64,000 nucleotides of DNA, taken from Felis catus (lineage: Eukaryota). The DNA lies in NCBI RefSeq assembly GCF_018350175.1, contig NC_058368.1, positions 179,802,001-179,866,000 on the forward strand, in the 5' to 3' direction. Both the position numbers and the translations under genes were made by a program. Positions 12,216 through 26,373 of this stretch are shown one piece after another (within the stretch, counting starts at the first letter, position 1; each line of letters starts with the position of its first letter). The notes beneath the pieces are model-generated. The model saw nothing but the letters and a program-made list of their open reading frames with translations, made no database searches and was not told the DNA's origin.

Positions 12216-13879
12216 TTTCACTGCCTAGTGGCTTAGGCGCCAGACCTGCCAGAGTAAGACAAATGGAAAGAGGTGACCTACCTTCCTAAAGGCGTTTTCT
12301 GAAGTGATTTCTAAAGCTATGTGATACGGGTAACTTTCCCGAATTCACTCAGTAGTTAGTTGCTTAATGGATGAATAAGTAGGATCAGGGGTGGGGGTGG
12401 GAAGCAGGGAGAAGGAGAGACATGGGTGGAGAATGATTTCCAAGGCTGGATCTTTTCTTTATTTGACTCTAGTAAATTTTAACAAGGCCCTTAATAAAAT
12501 CCCAGTGCTTAGCAGAGCCTCCACGTTTACAAGTCACTGGCCTGGGGCGGAGGAAGGGAACTTGGAATCCTTGGAATCCTGGCGCAGAGCTTAGTCCTGC
12601 TGACCTTTCATCGGATCAGGTGAACCGGACTGGTCAGAACAGGCACCATACTCTGAGTGCATCACTCCTGCCAGATACATGGACCAGGAGTCCTGACGCT
12701 GGCACGAGAATGGCCCCAGCTCCTTGGAGCTGGCTCCTTAGAGGACTTGCTCCAAGCCAGTGGATGAGATGTTTGAAAGAAATTCTCAGATACAGTCATC
12801 ACAGGTCTGCAGAGCTTCGTGTCATTGTGCTTTGGAAATGTTACAAAATAGTCGTTGGTAATGAATACTGTGGTGATCGTCAGAACCCGTGTCTCATTCC
12901 CCAATCTGTAAGATGCCCTTTCTCACACCCCAGAAGTGACTTCCACCAACAAGGAGGAGTTATCATTGTTGGTATTAACTATTTAGTGGGCAATAAATAA
13001 TATGTATAACATATCAAAGTATAAATAATAAAAAATGGCAATAAAACGGGTTCCTGTCTTCTAGCACTTAAAGAAAAAAAAAGCAAAGCAAAGAAAAACA
13101 TTTTCCTGCCATTGAAATCCTCCGTATAGAATGAAAAATGAAATTTTAATCAAAGTGGGCAGTGGTATACATGGGGCTTCCCCAGGATCATATTCTTTAT
13201 TTCCTACAACATACTTTAAAAAAAAAAAAAAAAAAAAGCACCAGCTTTTGTAATGGCAAAAACAGCTGTGGCCCATTTGCCGACAGCAGAACCAGGTAAC
13301 TTTTCAAGTCTGGTTGAGTTTTTTTCCCTTCCCTTTGACCTGACATCCATAAGTAAAGATTTTAGGATGTGTAAAACCCTGCGCTCTGACAGAGTGGCCC
13401 CTCCCCCCAGGCAGCAGCTGTCTTGAGCTGCTGGACAGAGCATTCCTCCGGCTGCTCTCGGGCTCTGCAAAGCATCCCGAAGTCAGGCCTCCTGCTCTGC
13501 TCAACTTTCTTCCCCAGAAATCCCCATCCACACCATCCTTGCTGAGTCCCAGGGGAATCAAGCCATCTTATTTGTAGGCAGTTGTCACCTGACCTGGAAT
13601 ATGATGAGCCCAAAGGATTAGTACCTAGACCTGTTACAAGTCTTGTCATCCTGGAACCCACAGATGACAGAGACTCCACTATGGACACCTCACCAAGTAA
13701 AACCATTTTCTAGCTCTGGCCCTTCTGCAAACCAGAGAGAGATCATCTGGAATCGGACACCTCTGAAACTTCATGCTTCACAAAAGCCCGTGAGAGGCAT
13801 TTTGGAACTGAATGGAGTGCTGCATGTCTGGAATGCTGGAGCCTGGGCCAGGCTGGGACTCGGGGGGCAGTGCAGGGTC

Positions 13880-14110
13880 CCAGAGCAGAGCATCATGGGA
13901 GCTGAAAGCCAGTTTGGGTTATAGCCTTGGCCCATGTGGACTTAGCAAGTCTTCGGCAGACTTAGCTTTCCTGATCCCTGTTATCTTTTTCTGGGAAAAT
14001 CAGACCCACATTTCTCATCTCCCCAGGTTATTGGGAAGGTCAAATGATACAGTATATGTGAAGGAACCTTATAAACTATAATGTGCTCTAAAAATAAAAG
14101 GTGTTATATG
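13880..14110 (+). mobile_element. MIR SINE
   Basis: ggcagacttagctttcctgatccctg...ccaggttattgggaaggtcaaatgatacagtatatgtgaagg. Confidence 0.65.
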
Positions 14111-14214
14111 TGAATGAGTATAAATCACAGTGCACCATTTCAGTTCTGCAAACTCAGATAAGAATTTTTGTCCACATCATTTTTGTCATCTTAGTTTCTA
14201 CTTCAAGCCCAATG

Positions 14215-14290
14215 TAGGGTTGCCAGACTTAGTGAATAAAAACACAGGACACCCAGGGCAGGGCATCCTAGATTGTTTCTGGCAACTTCA
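14215..14290. mobile_element. MER53-like hAT MITE, internally deleted
   Basis: Inverted termini tagggttgccaga ... tctggcaacttca with gaataaaaacacaggacaccca between them. Confidence 0.65.
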
Positions 14291-15779
14291 CCCCATCCGT
14301 CCAGGCCACCAGGAAATTGTGGTAGAATTGCTTGGGTTCCACCCTGTCTGGGCCATTGTTCTAGGGATTTGTACAGTGTCAAAGTGAGGCAGAAACCAAA
14401 CAAGTTACCTCCGTGTTTCCCCTTACCTCCTCCATATGGCAACACTGGAACTGGCTGCTCTCTGTGGGCACACTGGAGACCTGAGAATTATTTTTGCAGA
14501 AAAACAATTTGCCTGTATTTGCCTAGACATACAACATAGCCACTGCCTTGTGGAAGTCTTATTGAGATAAGAATCATGAGGTTGAGTCCTCTTTGCCTAA
14601 GCACCCAGCAGTCTAAGCCTCGGTCTCTCTGTCTCTCTGTCTGTGTCTCTCTTGGTGTCTCATGCTCTCATTCTGCCCCTAGCCCCGGGGTATTTTTTTC
14701 TGTTCTGGGAGAAATCTCTACTTTGAGTTTCTCCAGTTCACTTTGCCTCTTCCTCCATCCAGTTCTTCTTTTGCCCCTTTGTTCTCCACAAACCATATTG
14801 GTTCAACTCTGGACATCAGCTTTTGGAATACCAAAGCCAGGGAGCCTTGCCAGTAACTTCTTCTTTCTCTCTGCAATGGACCATCTCTGAGGCAATGAAG
14901 GCAAGGCTGATTGGCTACTTGCTTGAGGAGAGAAGACAGGAAAGGAGAAAAATAGATGAAAAATAGATACAAATTAATGGTTCAAAATGTGTTCCAGCCA
15001 TAATTTAAATGGTACTCACTCATTTAGCATGTATTTAATTACCCTTATGTTGTAGCATTTCTCCAGTAGTCTTTTCCTGCAGTACATTTATAATTTGGGG
15101 GAGGGACAGGCACTGTACTTTATCATGTACGCTATCTGATCCAAAGTGAGTGCTCAATGTAGGTTGAACTTGTTTACTGGCTTAGAGCTACTTTGTGGGA
15201 TGTTGGGATGCACACTATCAGATGCTAAGCAACTTTCGGGAAAGCTGGCTGCTTTTGATGACAACAGCAGACCCAGTATTACCTCTGTGGGTTACTGTTG
15301 GTTTGTTCTTCATCAGCATAGACAGCTGGAGGAGGAGCATCAGCCCCAACAGGCTGGAGGAGCCTGGCACAGAAAGGTGATGTGGAAAGGAGCTGGTAGC
15401 TACAGGAACGCTTGCTCTTTGGCAAGAAAGGAGGAGAGTGTTTGCAAATGGACTCCCCAGGTGACACTTGGCATCATTTTGAATTAATGATACCTTTCCA
15501 AGAGTCTTGCAGACCTTGTCAGCTGACTCCATCAAGTTATGATCGCCCAGAGACACAGCTACATGGGATCTGGAAAGTGAATTAGCAGGCTGTGGGTTTC
15601 CAAAGTTGGAGGGGAGTACATGCTGTAGAATGGAAGTTTCAAGAGGAGGAAGACGATTTTCTGCTTTGATACCTTCTGAGGTCCTTTTGCTTTGTGTTCC
15701 AAGGCAACCCCTCTCTCCTGATTTACATTTCCTGGATTCTTCTAAAATGAGCAGTAATTTTTGCTCATGCTGAAATGTG

Positions 15780-16022
15780 ACTTTGGGTGCAGAAAAATCA
15801 AGCTGCCTTCGCTCCAATCCCAGCTCACCCACTTACCAGCAGTGTGACCTCAAACAAGTTAGCTCATCTCTGAACCTCAGTTTCCACATTGGTAAAATGC
15901 AAATAATAGCACATACGGACCTTCACCATGAGGTGGTATGAGGGTCATGTGCAAAAACGTGTGAAAGTGCTTGCTGTAGTATTTGACAGATAATTAGGGC
16001 ATGGTGAATGTTTGCTATTAGT
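15780..16022 (+). mobile_element. MIR SINE (near full length)
   Basis: aatcccagctcacccacttaccagcagtgtgacctcaaacaagtt...tctctgaacctcagtttccacattggtaaaatg...gtgaaagtgctt. Confidence 0.85.
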
Positions 16023-16555
16023 GCTTTTGGAATAATTTATCTTTGAGGCAAAATAAGACCTGGAAGATTTCCCTTTTGAAAAAAGGGATGGCAAGTTCAA
16101 GTGGTTTGTTCAGACTGCAAGGGAAGTCAGCAGTTGGGTTGGGAGCCCCTCTTCCTCGGTAAAAGGTGGACCTGGCCAGGACCACAAACTCTATGGGTTC
16201 CTGTGGCTCCTGCCAAATGCCACCTCTAGCTGTGACTGTGGTCTTTCCTTCAAGGCTCTGTACTCCTCTGCATGGCTGAGGAAAGCAGGTGCCATGCTCT
16301 GCATGCTCCCCCTCACAACCTCACAGCTCTGTTGCCACAGATGATGTCTGACCCAAAGATGAGTCACCACAGAAATCATTTGCCTTGTTTCATAAGAGTC
16401 TAGAGACCTTCTTCTCCATGAGACCCAGAGTTTTTCTACCTCACATCCTGCCAGAGATGATTTCTTTCCATCACAATTAATCTTTTTTGCTTCTTAATCT
16501 CTATCTTTTCTTGTGCCGACTTCACCCTGGAGAAAGATAAAGTTATCATCACTTT

Positions 16556-16766
16556 GGGGCACCTCCATGGCACAATCGGTTAAGCGTCAGACTCTGTATC
16601 TCAGCTCAGGTCATGATCTCATGGTTCGTGGGTTCGAGCCCTGCATCAGCTCTGTGCTGATGGTGCAAAGCCTGATTGGGATTCTGTCTCTCCTTCTCTC
16701 TGCCCCTCCCCCACATGTCTCTCTCTAAACAAACAAACTAACTAACTAACTAACTTAAAAAAGAAG
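16556..16766 (+). mobile_element. Can-SINE (older subfamily)
   Basis: ggggcacctccatggcacaatcggttaagcgtcag...ctcaggtcatgatctc. Tail (AAAC)/(TAAC). Perfect TSD agttatcatcactt (16541-16554, 16767-16780). Confidence 0.96.
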
Positions 16767-17890
16767 AGTTATCATCACTTCGCCAGGAAACAGAGCTGGG
16801 GGCATATGCCCAACATGGCAGCAGAATGACCTCTTTCACCTGGGAATACTGAAAGCAAGTGGCAGTTCTCTGCAGACTGGGCTCCATGAAGCCCCAGAAT
16901 CTCCTGGCAGACTGGCTGCTTTGCAGCGGTCACTGTTCGGTACCCCATTAAGGCAACAGAGAAGAAGGGAGTTTAGTGGGGAAGATTAGCATCCAGATTA
17001 ACACCCAGAGATGATATCATTGTCTCTGAGTGTTCTAGCTAGAGAATTCATGGAAAACCCAAGATCTCTAAAGGCAAAGTGGGGGCATGTACTGGTATAT
17101 GTACAGTATAACTGCATTGGGAAGAGACCATCTTAAGCTCTGATAAATCTTAGGAAGAAAAGCTATTGAGAAGTTCTTTCTACTTTAAGAAAGCCGGGAG
17201 AGTTAAAATTGTAGCAAAGCCAGTGGATAGGTATTCAGTCAAGCCGGCAGACTGCAGTGTATGTAGGCAAACACACATAGACTGTGCACCCCAAAATATA
17301 CACTTTTAAGTACACACACACATGCACAGGTGTAATGTAAACACATTTACACCCCTATGTAGAGACTCCCAGGCCCTCTCTACCTTAATCTCATGTTAAA
17401 GTCTATTATTTCTGAGTCAAAGAGTACATATAATACTTTGGCTGGGCAAAAATACTTTGCCTTGATGGTCAGGGCAGGTCCCCTGAATTTGCCAGGGAGC
17501 CAGGATGATAGAATAGTGGAACATCCACATTCTGAGGCCTGCAGGTGTGCAGGTGACTGCTGGGGAATAAATGAGCAGAGCTGTATGACAGGAGTTCTGT
17601 GACTCCCCCAGTACCCAGGCCACTGCCTGGGCACCATGCTGCCTCCTCATCCTTTGCCAGGGTGTGACAGCTGAGAAGGCCAAGAGGGTTGGCTTTGTTC
17701 TCTAGTTGGCTTGGGTGGGTGGCACTCATGGTTGCTGGTAGAGCAATCTCTTATCTATGAAACTTTGCGCAGGAAAGAAAACAAGTAGAGGTGTAGGGCT
17801 AGGTTTCTCTCATTGGGTTTTCAGATCCTGTTTCTAATAGTAAACACCAGGCTGTCATTGGCTTTTTGTGCTCAGAGAAGTGGGAGGTGG

Positions 17891-17892
<2 letters not shown>

Positions 17893-17978
<86 letters not shown>
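17893..17978. repeat. Compound microsatellite (GT)21(GA)22
   Basis: Read directly: GT 17893-17934, GA 17935-17978. Confidence 0.97.
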
Positions 17979-17981
<3 letters not shown>

Positions 17982-18769
17982 TGTGCGAGCAGGGGGGAGA
18001 GGGGTGGGAGACAGAGTCTTTAAATTTTAATTGGTCTGCAATGAAAGATTTAACTGTTTAAAAAACAAGACCCTCTTAGTCCCAGACCACAACTTATGTG
18101 CTAATGTGGGAGGTTAGGAGCTAGTGAAGAGAGGAGGAGGGGAGGGGCAGATTCCTAATGGATCCTGTGGGGAATCATGCTGTTAAGGGACAGGGGAACC
18201 AACCATATGGATAGTAGAATACAATCCCCATCTACTACTAGCTGTCTAACTGTTGTCTCATCTCTTAGGTAGGGAAGGTAATCTTTGCTTTCCTTCTTTT
18301 TAAGAGTATTGTGTAAGTGAAATAAATGATTAGGGCATGCAAAGTTGGTTTAAGGTTTAGCTTATACCCTGCTTCAAAAGATGGTGGATAGTTTGGTATA
18401 AATCCCTGAAATACAGTGATGTAGCAGATGCTTTGGGGATCAGGCATTGCCATTTGCTAAAATGATTGTTTTCTTATCTATCTTCTCTTCCCCTTCACTT
18501 AGATTATACACCCTAATCCCATGGCATCCCTGGGTCCAGCACAGTGCCTGGTACTGAGGAGATGTGTCAGCAAATACCTATTGGATTTTCTGTGGGCATT
18601 TGGAGAAAATATAGCCCCTAAGTTCCTGTGGCCCTGATGATTTCTGTACCCTGCCATTTGTTTGCAGCATGAGCCTTAAGTAATAATTTCAGATGGCCTT
18701 TAAGGCATCTTGCACTGTCTGCTAAGACTGTGTTTCAGCCCCACCTTACCCCTCCCCCACCCCCACAGC

Positions 18770-18920
18770 AGAGATGATTGTGCTCTCCAGAAGGACAAAG
18801 ATCGTGTCTTCCCTGCTTATAGCTGTATCTGCCAATCTAGAAAAGTGTCTAGAACATAGTGGGTCAATAAATATTTATTAAATGAATGACTGATTGGATA
18901 AATGAATGAATGAATGAATG
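18770..18920 (+). mobile_element. L2 3' terminus with (AATG)n tail
   Basis: gtgtctagaacatagtgggtcaataaatatttattaaatgaatg...(aatg)n is the typical L2 end. Confidence 0.8.
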
Positions 18921-19109
18921 TTATAGCTGCAGCTGCATTTGTTTTGTTTCCTGTTTCTTGTTTGTCCAGCTGAAAAATGACAGTAGGGATGTAAGTACTG
19001 GTACTATCACAAGTGCCATTTGCAAATCCATTCTAAATGGCCTTGAGTTGAGTTGAACTTAATGCCTCTGTTCTTGCTCAACAGGTCATCAGGGAAGATT
19101 GTGATGGTG

Positions 19110-19340
19110 TTGGTGATGATGATGATACCTACCATTAATTGAGAGCCTGCCATGTGCCAGGAACCCTCTGACACATTTCACATGTATCATCTCACTGACT
19201 TTTCATAGCTATTCTATAGTGCAGTTACTCAGTTTCTATTTCACAGTAACCGGAGCTCAGAGTAGGTTAACCCCCATATCCAAAACCACAGAGTTAGGAA
19301 GGTGTAGAGGCAGTACTTTAACTCAAGGCAGTTGACCAAC
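19110..19340 (-). mobile_element. MIR SINE
   Basis: attgagagcctgccatgtgccagg...tttcacatgtatcatctca...gctcagagtaggttaa...caaaaccacagagttaggaagg. Confidence 0.75.
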
Positions 19341-22300
19341 CCCAGAGCCCCTTTTCTTGCCTCCCTGTCTTGCTGAGCGATGTCAGACTCAGCATTGGAG
19401 GAAGGCCCAGAAGGGTTAGTAAAAGCAGCAGAAGAAAAACAAATTGTAGGGAGTCTATTATGGTTGATCTTAAAAGTCTTGTAATGATCTTATTTTCTCT
19501 GGAGGACATTGTGAAAGCTAGTGATTTACCATACTCCCTGGCTAGGGGAAGATGTCCAGGCAGCCGTCTCTCCCTACCTGTGCCTCAGGGCTCCAAACCT
19601 AACCCAACAGGGATTCCAAAGGAACTATTCCCATCCACTTTTATTTCCCTTTGACGCGCAGAGTATCAGCCCCTCCAATTTTGTGGGGTTTTTTTTTCCC
19701 CAGGCGGATAATGGGCTTCTAGCCAAAAATCCTTTCAATTAATGGACTAGGAACAGCACCCATGAAGAAAATTAGAAACAGATAAGAAGAGAAGGGCCCC
19801 TCTGCTCAGAGCAGAGAAAGGGAATAATTCTTGGATTATGCTGATGATTTACCAATGTTTTCCTAATGTGAGAATCGGTCAGTAGGGGCCTGGGTTTTTT
19901 ATGAGGGAGGAACCTCTTCCAGACAGCTCACTCCCCAACAGCCCCGATAAATCCCCACACCCCCACTTCCAGTGAGAACGTTGCCCTCTCCAGAGTCACG
20001 GTGTCAAAGCCTGTTTAGCTGTTCTTTACGTATCAGCCACAACCCCAACATTAGTTCATGCTTGGAATATGAAGCCATTTCATATTTATTCTTGTTTTAT
20101 CTGGCAGGGAGCCTTAAAAAAAAAAAAAGTCCCCTGCTGGTGCTGTTCAGCTCTTATATCTTTATAGTCTCTTGAATTGATTTGACAGAGCAATCATAGG
20201 CCATGGGTGAGACCAAACGCCTCTCTCAGCAACAGGCTGGAAGAATGGACAAGACTGCACAGCTCACTTCCCTGGGGCCAGTCAGGCCACATCCATGTTC
20301 TGCCCTGAAGGGGCTATGTGCATGCCCTCACCCACTCTGGCCCATGCCAACCAATACCATAGAAAGAGTTTCCTGTGACAGTTGTTCAGTGGGAGTTTCT
20401 GAAAAGAGCAAGGGTGTCTGGGGAGCCATTAGGAATGGGTTTCACCTCAGAACATTCTAGAAGCTGAGAGGAGTCTGACTTCCTCAGAGGAGTTGCAGTC
20501 TCTTGAAAAGGCTTCCCCAAAGCCACAGTGAGCTTTGGGACGATTTATCAAGTGACCTGGCCTGCTGAGAGGGTAAGGTTCACGTTTTGCAAGCTCCAGA
20601 TAAGTCACAGGGTTTTAACACAAGGGACAGTGACTTGAAAGGGCATACAGAATCGTATGTACACATAGACATACACTCAGTTTTCTGGGAAAAGAATCTA
20701 GATTTTAGTGGGCAAGAAGAGCAGTCTGTGACCCCAGCAAGCTTAAGAACCTATGAACTAAGGCAACTTTCACTGATAGTCTGAGATGATGTTAAGTACA
20801 TGTCAGAAAAATTTATTTTACTATCTGTGTACTTGTTTTCATGTGGGTTAAAAAAACTAATATGTCACATTTATGATTTTACAGATATAACAGATTATGT
20901 TAAGTAAACCCAATAGTCAAGTTATTCACGGATAGGGATAAAATAAGTAAATAGTGGTACAAGTTCTGTACCTCCATAGTAAAATTCATTTTTGGTGAAT
21001 TGGGAAATACTTTGATCCAAGAAGAAAAACATGGAAGATTCTAGCCCTAACAACCTCTTGTCCCAGTTGTGGAGATGTTTCTCAGTTAGACCCCGATTTT
21101 AGTTTCTCCTACCAGCTGCCTGCACGCCACCCTGCATTCTAATATACATTCAGAACAGAAGGCTGTGCTCTTCCAGAACACACGATGGCTCCCTGTGGCC
21201 ACTACATTACGTCCCATATCCTCTAACTGGGTTCGCAAATCCAGCCTTCTATCTGATGTTAGCCCCACTATTTCCTGCTCTGGAAACTCTTCTTCAGCCA
21301 GACCATTCTTTTCACTGTCCTCCCCAACTCCTGAAAGTCCATCTTTATTTCTGCCCTGTTGCTTTTGCCATGTAATTACCTCCATAACCTGTGCTTCTTG
21401 TTTTTCTCTTGAGCCATCCCACCCCCTAGAAATCTGTGGTTCCCACCAGTGTTTTCCTTCTCTGGAATATCGCTGCCTGGCGATTTTGCATGTCAGAAAA
21501 AAAAAGGGGGAGACTTTTGGTTAATTCCTCTCTTTGGCACCAGTAAGCCTAGACATGGAGAGGAGCCACAGCCAGGAGTCTAAACCTTCCCTTTTGGCTT
21601 GTTGAGCTTGTTGACGAAACAGGATAAGTTTGGGATTAATCATTGAAAAACAAGTGAGATAAACTCCTGGGTTCCAGAGATATTAACTCCTTGGTCCTCG
21701 TCCCAGCTTAGGTTATCAAAACCAAGATTTGTTCATTTTTCACAGTTTATGAGGTTTATCTTTGGCCTGTCATGAGACGCTGACAGAAAGATGAAATTGG
21801 TCTGTTTCCAGTCTATTTCACTCAGTCATTCCTACTTATAACAAGTTGAAATGCTCCATTGTAAACACTTGAGGAGGAAAAACATAGAGACATGAGCAGT
21901 GAATGGTCATGTACCTCTTGCAGTCATCTTGCATTTTTATCTACATGTTTTTTATCGTTAAAGCCAAACTCAAAAGGTAGAGGGCCTCCCCCTTCATTCC
22001 AAGCAGAAGGTTAATTTGAAGTGATTTAGTAGGGGGAGTGGCTGCAAATGATACATGGGGGTAGTTTGAGAACTTTTTGTTTTCTCAGGATTAGACAGAG
22101 AAGATACAGGTTCAAAACACTAACGATGAAGGAGGTGCTAGATATGAGAACCTTCTAAAAAGTGTTGACTGACAAAGCATTTGGATAAACGTGAAAGTGA
22201 TTTGAAATGTGAAAAGTACTGTGTATGTGCAGAAAAACACTTTTTCAATTGAATCGGATTTTTAATGTTCCTCTGACGTATCACAAGTTTACTGATAAAT

Positions 22301-22934
22301 AAGATGACAGTAGACTCGGGCACCCTGCTCTGTGTAAAGTCCACTAAAAAAGGTTTCAGAAACAAAAGACGGATTAGCAGGAAAAGTTACTCAAGAGAGG
22401 TGTCACGGAACTAAAGCCTCCAATAATGAGCATCTAGGATAAAATAAAGACTGACTTAAAAAATTGTTTCTCATGACTGTTATTATTGAACAGTAGATTA
22501 ATATTAATCAGATGTTTACTGAATTCTTAGAGGGTTTTTTTAACTGGCAAGTGTGTGTCTTTCTTTTGGTGACTATGTTTGTATAAAGGTAATTTCTGAC
22601 CATTCTTTAGTGAGGTTGAACCAGGCCACTAATGTTCAACTCTGTATTATATAATTCATCTCATGCTTTGACTTCTAATACCATAAAGTCTCTGTTATTC
22701 ATTCTTACCTAAACGTTTTTTATTGTCACTGGTGTTTTTAGATTGTTGAGCATTTTCTGTGATTTCTTTATTGTGTTTCTCTTTGTGTAATTCTGAATTG
22801 TAGATTTCAGGATTAATGTAGCTGAAAGAACTTTCCAGTTCTGGAAAGGGTCACAATGCTGTGTTCTTAACTAATTTTTTTAAGGCAAGGCACGCATGTT
22901 TCAGAATTCCCAGTGTCCCTCCAGCCAGCACAGC

Positions 22935-23175
22935 ACAGTGGCTAGGGACACAGGCCCTGTAGGATGACCACCTAGTCTTGAACTTGGACCCCTACTTACT
23001 GACTATGTAACACCTTGGCTACTGGCTGAGCATCTTGTGGCTCAATTTCCTCATGTGTAGAACTGAAGTGAATAATATTACACCTACCCCACAGAGGCAT
23101 AAGAATTAATGATGTAATACATTGATTAATACACACCTGGCCCATATTCAATTCTTCACGTGTTTACTGTTGCTA
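22935..23175 (+). mobile_element. MIR SINE
   Basis: cagtggctaggg...cctacttactgactatgtaacaccttgg...ctcaatttcctcatgtgtaga...aataatattacacctaccccacagag. Confidence 0.75.
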
Positions 23176-24064
23176 TACCTGCCTGACAGGAAGCATTCAG
23201 TGTTACCTTTTTTCTCCACATAGCAATCTGGAAATACTGTATAACTTCTTAGTAACAGTCACGGCATTTATTGAGCACTGATTTTTGTAAATCATGGGAA
23301 ATGCTTTACCTCCACTTCTCCTATTTCCGTAGAGGGGCAGAAGCATCCAGGCCCCAAGAGGAAAAACTATGAAGGTCCTTCAGGCTGTCTTCTCTTCTCC
23401 TTCACTCACTTATCCCTAATACAAGCCCTAAGCTACAAAATCTTTGAGGTTAAGAGCACCATTTGAGCCAGGAGGCTCCTTTTTGTATAGATCTGCCAGC
23501 ACGCAGATGGGCACCAGCTCTGCACCTGTCACTGTAGGGCCCGGCCTGCCCTTAGTGTGGGGCCAGGACTGCCTTTGTGAGGCCTGTGGATGTATCTATC
23601 CTCTTGGGGTTTGTCAGTGGGAGCCTGTGATTCATGTTAAACATGGCGCCTCTGCATATTCCACCCTCCAACCCCGCTGCCAGACACGTTGTCCAAAGTT
23701 CTAGGAGGCAACTAAGAAGTCAAGTGGTCAGTGGTGGCCACACACCCGAGTCACATCTTTTATCTGAAGACCTTTAGGAACAGTAAAGCCAACGTTCTCT
23801 ATCTGGTTGATTCACATTAGTCTCAAATTTGGAAGGGTTGGGGGTTGTGATTAGTTTTCACAGAGTACTCTCAAATACCCACACTCACTTGATCTGACAA
23901 CCCTATGAGATAGGAATTAGTATGTTGACCAGATCAGAGAACCAGGCTGAGAGCAGTATAACCAGCAGCACAGCCTGGTGCCTGGTGAACAGCCTGGTGC
24001 CTGAAGGTCTGGATTCAAACCAGGTCTGTCTGACTCCAGAGCTCAGTGTCTCGAACCCCCTCAC

Positions 24065-24254
24065 CAGAGGTTCTTATACTCGGAAGTTTACCCAGCATCC
24101 CCCAAAGGACTCATTAAAGCAAGGTTGCTGGCCCCTGCCTCACAGAGTTTCTGATTCCGTAGGTCTGGAGTGGAGCCCAAGAATCTGCATTTCTAACAGG
24201 TTTCCAGCTGGTGCTGAGGATGCTGGTCCAGCGACCCCACTGTGGGAACCATGC
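24065..24254. mobile_element. MER5A hAT-Charlie MITE
   Basis: cagagtttctgattccgtaggtctggagtggagcccaagaatctgcatttctaacaggtttccagctggtgctga...gctggtccagcgaccccactgtgggaacca. Confidence 0.9.
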
Positions 24255-26166
24255 TGTATACCCAACCTCGTACTGTCCAGTGGCTGTTTCTTAGCTTCAA
24301 GCTTCAGAGTCCACTAGTACATGAGGTGGTATCAAATTTTGGTGTAAAACATTAGAACCAGGAAAGTAAGCTTATTTGAATGATTAACTAAGATGTCTAC
24401 GATCTTGCATAGAAGACAGATCCGTTTGAAGGCATTTTAGAATTTGTTGTACTTTCTAAAGCTAAAATGCATCAAGGAAGGGATGAAGGGATGTGTCACT
24501 TTAAGCCATGACAGAGTATTTTATTCTTAAGATACATTTTCCAGTGACATTTTATTCTAGAGACAATCTGGATGACTTTCCTTCTTGTAACTGTGAAACC
24601 AGGAACCATCCCTATGTCCCAGGTGATTCCTAGAATTTATTACTGAGAGCTTCCACCTGGTTTTGAATGTGAACAGTAAAGAGGGAGAGAGAGATTGGAA
24701 ATTGGTCCCAAATTCAGGGAAAAGTGATTATGTGAAGAACAGAGCCCCTGGTCATTCAATAGACACCAAAGACAAGGCCAAACAAGGGTTATAAGTGGGT
24801 GTGAAGTGCCCAGGAAAAACTCAGATGTGCAAGAAATACCATTCCCACAAACCTGATTTTGACCATTGAGACCTTTAAGTTGGAAATTCCATGTCAGTCA
24901 CTATCTGTATCTCCCCCGTTCTGTCTTCCAGCATCCCACCCAGTACAGTTAGGAGTTTGCATGTGCTGGGACACCACAGATGGCTAGCGCTGCTCCCCCA
25001 CTGTTGCGCTGGACCACTGAGGGCCCTTGGAGCATAGCAGCTCTAATTTTTCTGAGTTTTGCTGGGAAAGGGAATTTTTGGCAATTTTGGCTTCCAGATG
25101 GGCCAAGAGGTGTGATTCCTGGGGTCTTCCCCCCTCCCTGGGGCACAGCAAGGAGTGAAGGCTCTCCCAAATCTTTGGGCCCGGTGCATCTTTCCTTCTC
25201 TAATTCCTTTCTAGTTTTTGGGAAAGAAGCCACTTCCCATCTTTTTTTGATGCCACTCTCCCTTCAGTCCCATCCTTCCCCAGTGGGACTCGATGCCAAC
25301 TGTTTCCAGGAGGTGCAGAAAAATCATTTCATTCTATCCTTCTAAAAGGAGAGAAGGGGTAAGAAAACCAGCAGAACTCAGATTTGATCCTAAAACGATG
25401 TCACTCACAGATTCAACCATGGTTCTCGGCGGAAAGGTGTCCCTCTCCAAGCCTCCCCACTCTTGAGGAGTAGCACACCAGGGGCACCGAGCACAGCTTT
25501 TGCCAGATGGCGATGTGAACTCTCAGGGGACTAGCTTTCAGGCCCTATGTCCTGGGGCATGCAGATGTCACTCTTTGGGATGGGGCTGGCATTGTCCAAT
25601 CCCCTCATGTATGGGGCAGAAAGCTAAGTCTCACTAGGATAGAAATAGAGGACAGCAAAGACACTGAGGAATCTTTGCCGATGAGGCAATCAGTCCCTCC
25701 TTCCCGCCATGATTTCCTGGGAGGGGCTTGCTGTTACCTTGCCTCACAGCTGTAAGGATGACCTATTGACACAGCAGTCACCTGATAGTCCTATAGTAGC
25801 TTAAAGGTTCTGAAACCTGGTCAGACCATGAGCCAGATTCTACTCTTCATCAGCTCCTCCCCAGCTCAGGGTGCCCTTCACGAGGCAGGCCTTAGTCTCA
25901 TACTGCGTCCTGGTGGAGGCCATAAAAGCATAGGTGGCTGGGACCCCTTACTGTCAAGAGTCCTACTTCCTACCACCCTGCCTGGGTACTGGATGGACTA
26001 GCCTCAAGCCAAATCACTGACCAGCCCAGAGTGACTTCACCATTTAAGAACCTGCTGTAATAACTTTCATCAGGTCAATTCCCACAAGCCAAACATTGTT
26101 TAGGGTCAGAGTGGACAGAGTTTCTTACGGGGTTTTGAATTCACTGTCTTTAAGAAACCAAACAGT

Positions 26167-26328
26167 GGGGGCACCTGGGTGGCCCAGTGGGTGGAATGTC
26201 TGACTCTGGATCTTGGCTCAGGTCATAATTTCACAGTTTCATGGGCTCGAGCCCCATGTCGGGCTCTGCATTGATAGTGTAGAGCCTGCTTGGGATTCTC
26301 TCTCTCCCTGTCTCTATCCCTCCCTGAC

Positions 26329-26373
<45 letters not shown>

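Noticed and set aside
15218..15832. Longest ORF (204 aa, minus strand)
   Set aside because: Starts in a MIR at a non-ATG codon, has no recognisable domain, and an ORF of this length is plausible by chance in 64 kb.
23970..24003. 15-bp direct repeat acagcctggtgcctg twice, 19 bp apart
   Set aside because: Ordinary local slippage duplication in a MIR remnant; only two units, not an array.
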